Of a stretch of 64,000 nt of DNA, positions 62,563 to 64,000 are shown piece after piece. Within the stretch, counting starts at the first letter, position 1. Each line of letters opens with the position of its first letter. Made by a program: the position numbers and the translations under genes. The notes beneath the pieces are model-generated. The model was not told the DNA's origin. It did no database searches and saw only the letters and a program-made list of their open reading frames with translations. The stretch is from contig OX597834.1 of NCBI GenBank assembly GCA_951406725.2, positions 37,696,001 through 37,760,000 of the forward strand, read 5' to 3'. The stretch comes from Octopus vulgaris (lineage: Eukaryota).

Positions 62563-62879
62563 CTATTATCAGTTAGTAGGCTATTAAGATCGCTATCCAA
62601 CAATTCAGCTGAGTATTGAATAGAATATGCTGAGCGGAGATATACTGTATTAAGTGTCGCCTGATAGATAAGCTTTGATCCATTTTCGTAGTCCATAGAA
62701 TCTCAAATAGACTTGAATCTATGGCCAGTTAAGGATGACTTAGAAATTTGCCCGTCGGCTATACTCAGTAATATATAAATGTGTGTCAGTATTTGTCTAT
62801 GCTTATGACTGGGTGTCTATATGCGTATTTCCATGAATGTCTGTATATATGTGTGTGTATATATCTCTCTCTCACTCTT

Positions 62880-62931
<52 letters not shown>

Positions 62932-63409
62932 TGTACACAATGGCGAGTAGACTTGCGCTCCTGACAATAGCCTTGCAAAATTGCGAAAAAATTCGGTTGT
63001 GTGTGAGAATGAAAGTATTTTCCGCTTTTAGCAAAATTTTCGCCCGGCCATCGAAATCCTTACCTGTGTTAAATATAAATATCAAATCTTGCACAAGTGA
63101 TTTGGGGAAAACACTCTCGAAAAGAAAAGTGCTATGGATCGCATAATTCTCGAGGAAAAGTTAATTATTGTGGACCACACTATTACCTCTCTTAACCTCT
63201 CTCTCACTCTCTTGATATATATATATATATATTATATAATACATTATTATTAATATCAAGAAATCAATATTAGAAAATTCTTCAGAAAGATATATAGGTG
63301 TGTAAAATAATTGTTGTATTAAAAATATAAATATATGTAAATATATATAAGTATAAATATATAATAATAAATATGACAGTTTAAAAGTTTTGAATTAAGT
63401 ATTTAAAGC

Positions 63410-63499
63410 ATCTTACGATCGTTTCGCAAAAGTGATGTCCCTATAAAGGAATCCTATATTGATAAGCATTTATAGACAACTCTTCTGTTCTTCAGAGAT
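63410..63499 (-). ncRNA. Hammerhead-like motif with an extended stem II
   Basis: AUCU CUGAAGA ACAGAAG...CUUUUGC GAAA CGAUCG UA AGAU; stem I AUCU/AGAU, palindromic ACGAUCGU, GUA triplet; A-C mismatch at the first stem II pair. Confidence 0.6.
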
Positions 63500-63569
63500 A
63501 TAAAATGTGAAATTTGTATAATTTATCGAATGGTAGTTTTTTTTAAAAGCAGCGCGAACAAAAGTCAAA

Positions 63570-63835
63570 CAGCAGTTTTCTTTGGATATGGCGCAAAGGA
63601 TCGTGTTTAGCTGATTTAGCTACAACAAACTCAAAATCAAAGAAACACGCACCAGAATGCAAGACGATAGCTAAGAGTGAAAGATCCAGGGTGGAAGACC
63701 TCAACGCTTCCACAAATGTCAGACCAGTGGCCATTTCGGACGCCCCATACACTACACCAGCGCGATTGCTAAATGCCATAGGCCTTGTAACATCCCACCT
63801 GCGCAAAAAAACCCACACCAGAGAGACCTAGGTAC
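63570..63835 (+). mobile_element. RTE LINE 3' fragment
   Basis: IWRKG...IGLVTSHLRK resembles the RTE C-terminus. Confidence 0.5.
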
Positions 63836-63849
63836 CACGTAATATGCAC

Positions 63850-64000
63850 TATGGTTTCAAATTTTGTCACAAGGCTAGAAATTTTGGGGGAAGCGGATTA
63901 GTAGATTACATCGATTCCAGTACGCGACTGGTATTTAATCTATCGACCCCGAAAGGATGAAAGGAAAAGTCGACCTCGGCGGAATTCGAACTCAGAAAGT
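63850..64000 (-). mobile_element. SINE family A, running off the window edge
   Basis: cgaccccgaaaggatgaaaggaaaagtcgacctcggcggaattcgaactcag. Confidence 0.88.

Overview
Repeat-dominated eukaryotic (animal) DNA. The very dense (TA)/(CA)/(GATA)/(AAT) microsatellites and the recurring tRNA-derived SINE families look like an octopus (coleoid cephalopod) genome; this is recognition, not a database result. I found no convincing host protein-coding exon: almost all ORFs in the track are microsatellite or SINE read-throughs, or decayed transposon frames. Supported features are one tRNA-Ser(AGA) with atypical positions, at least four SINE families, decayed LINE fragments (RTE and probably R4/Dong), two Penelope-like fragments, Tc1, mariner and Chapaev3-like transposase relics, two non-autonomous Helitrons, several MITEs/foldbacks and minisatellites. 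Three observations stand out. (1) A dispersed set of minimal type-I hammerhead-ribozyme-like motifs (CUGANGA-stem II-GAAA-palindromic stem III) sits in short repeats, often next to (TA)n tracts, with a cluster at 27.2-28.1 kb. (2) A 1.54-kb A-tailed, TSD-bounded retroelement carries only an ORF1/CCHC protein. (3) Several near-perfect hairpins are built locally from SINE sequence. Coordinates were read by eye, and the edges of degenerate elements are approximate.
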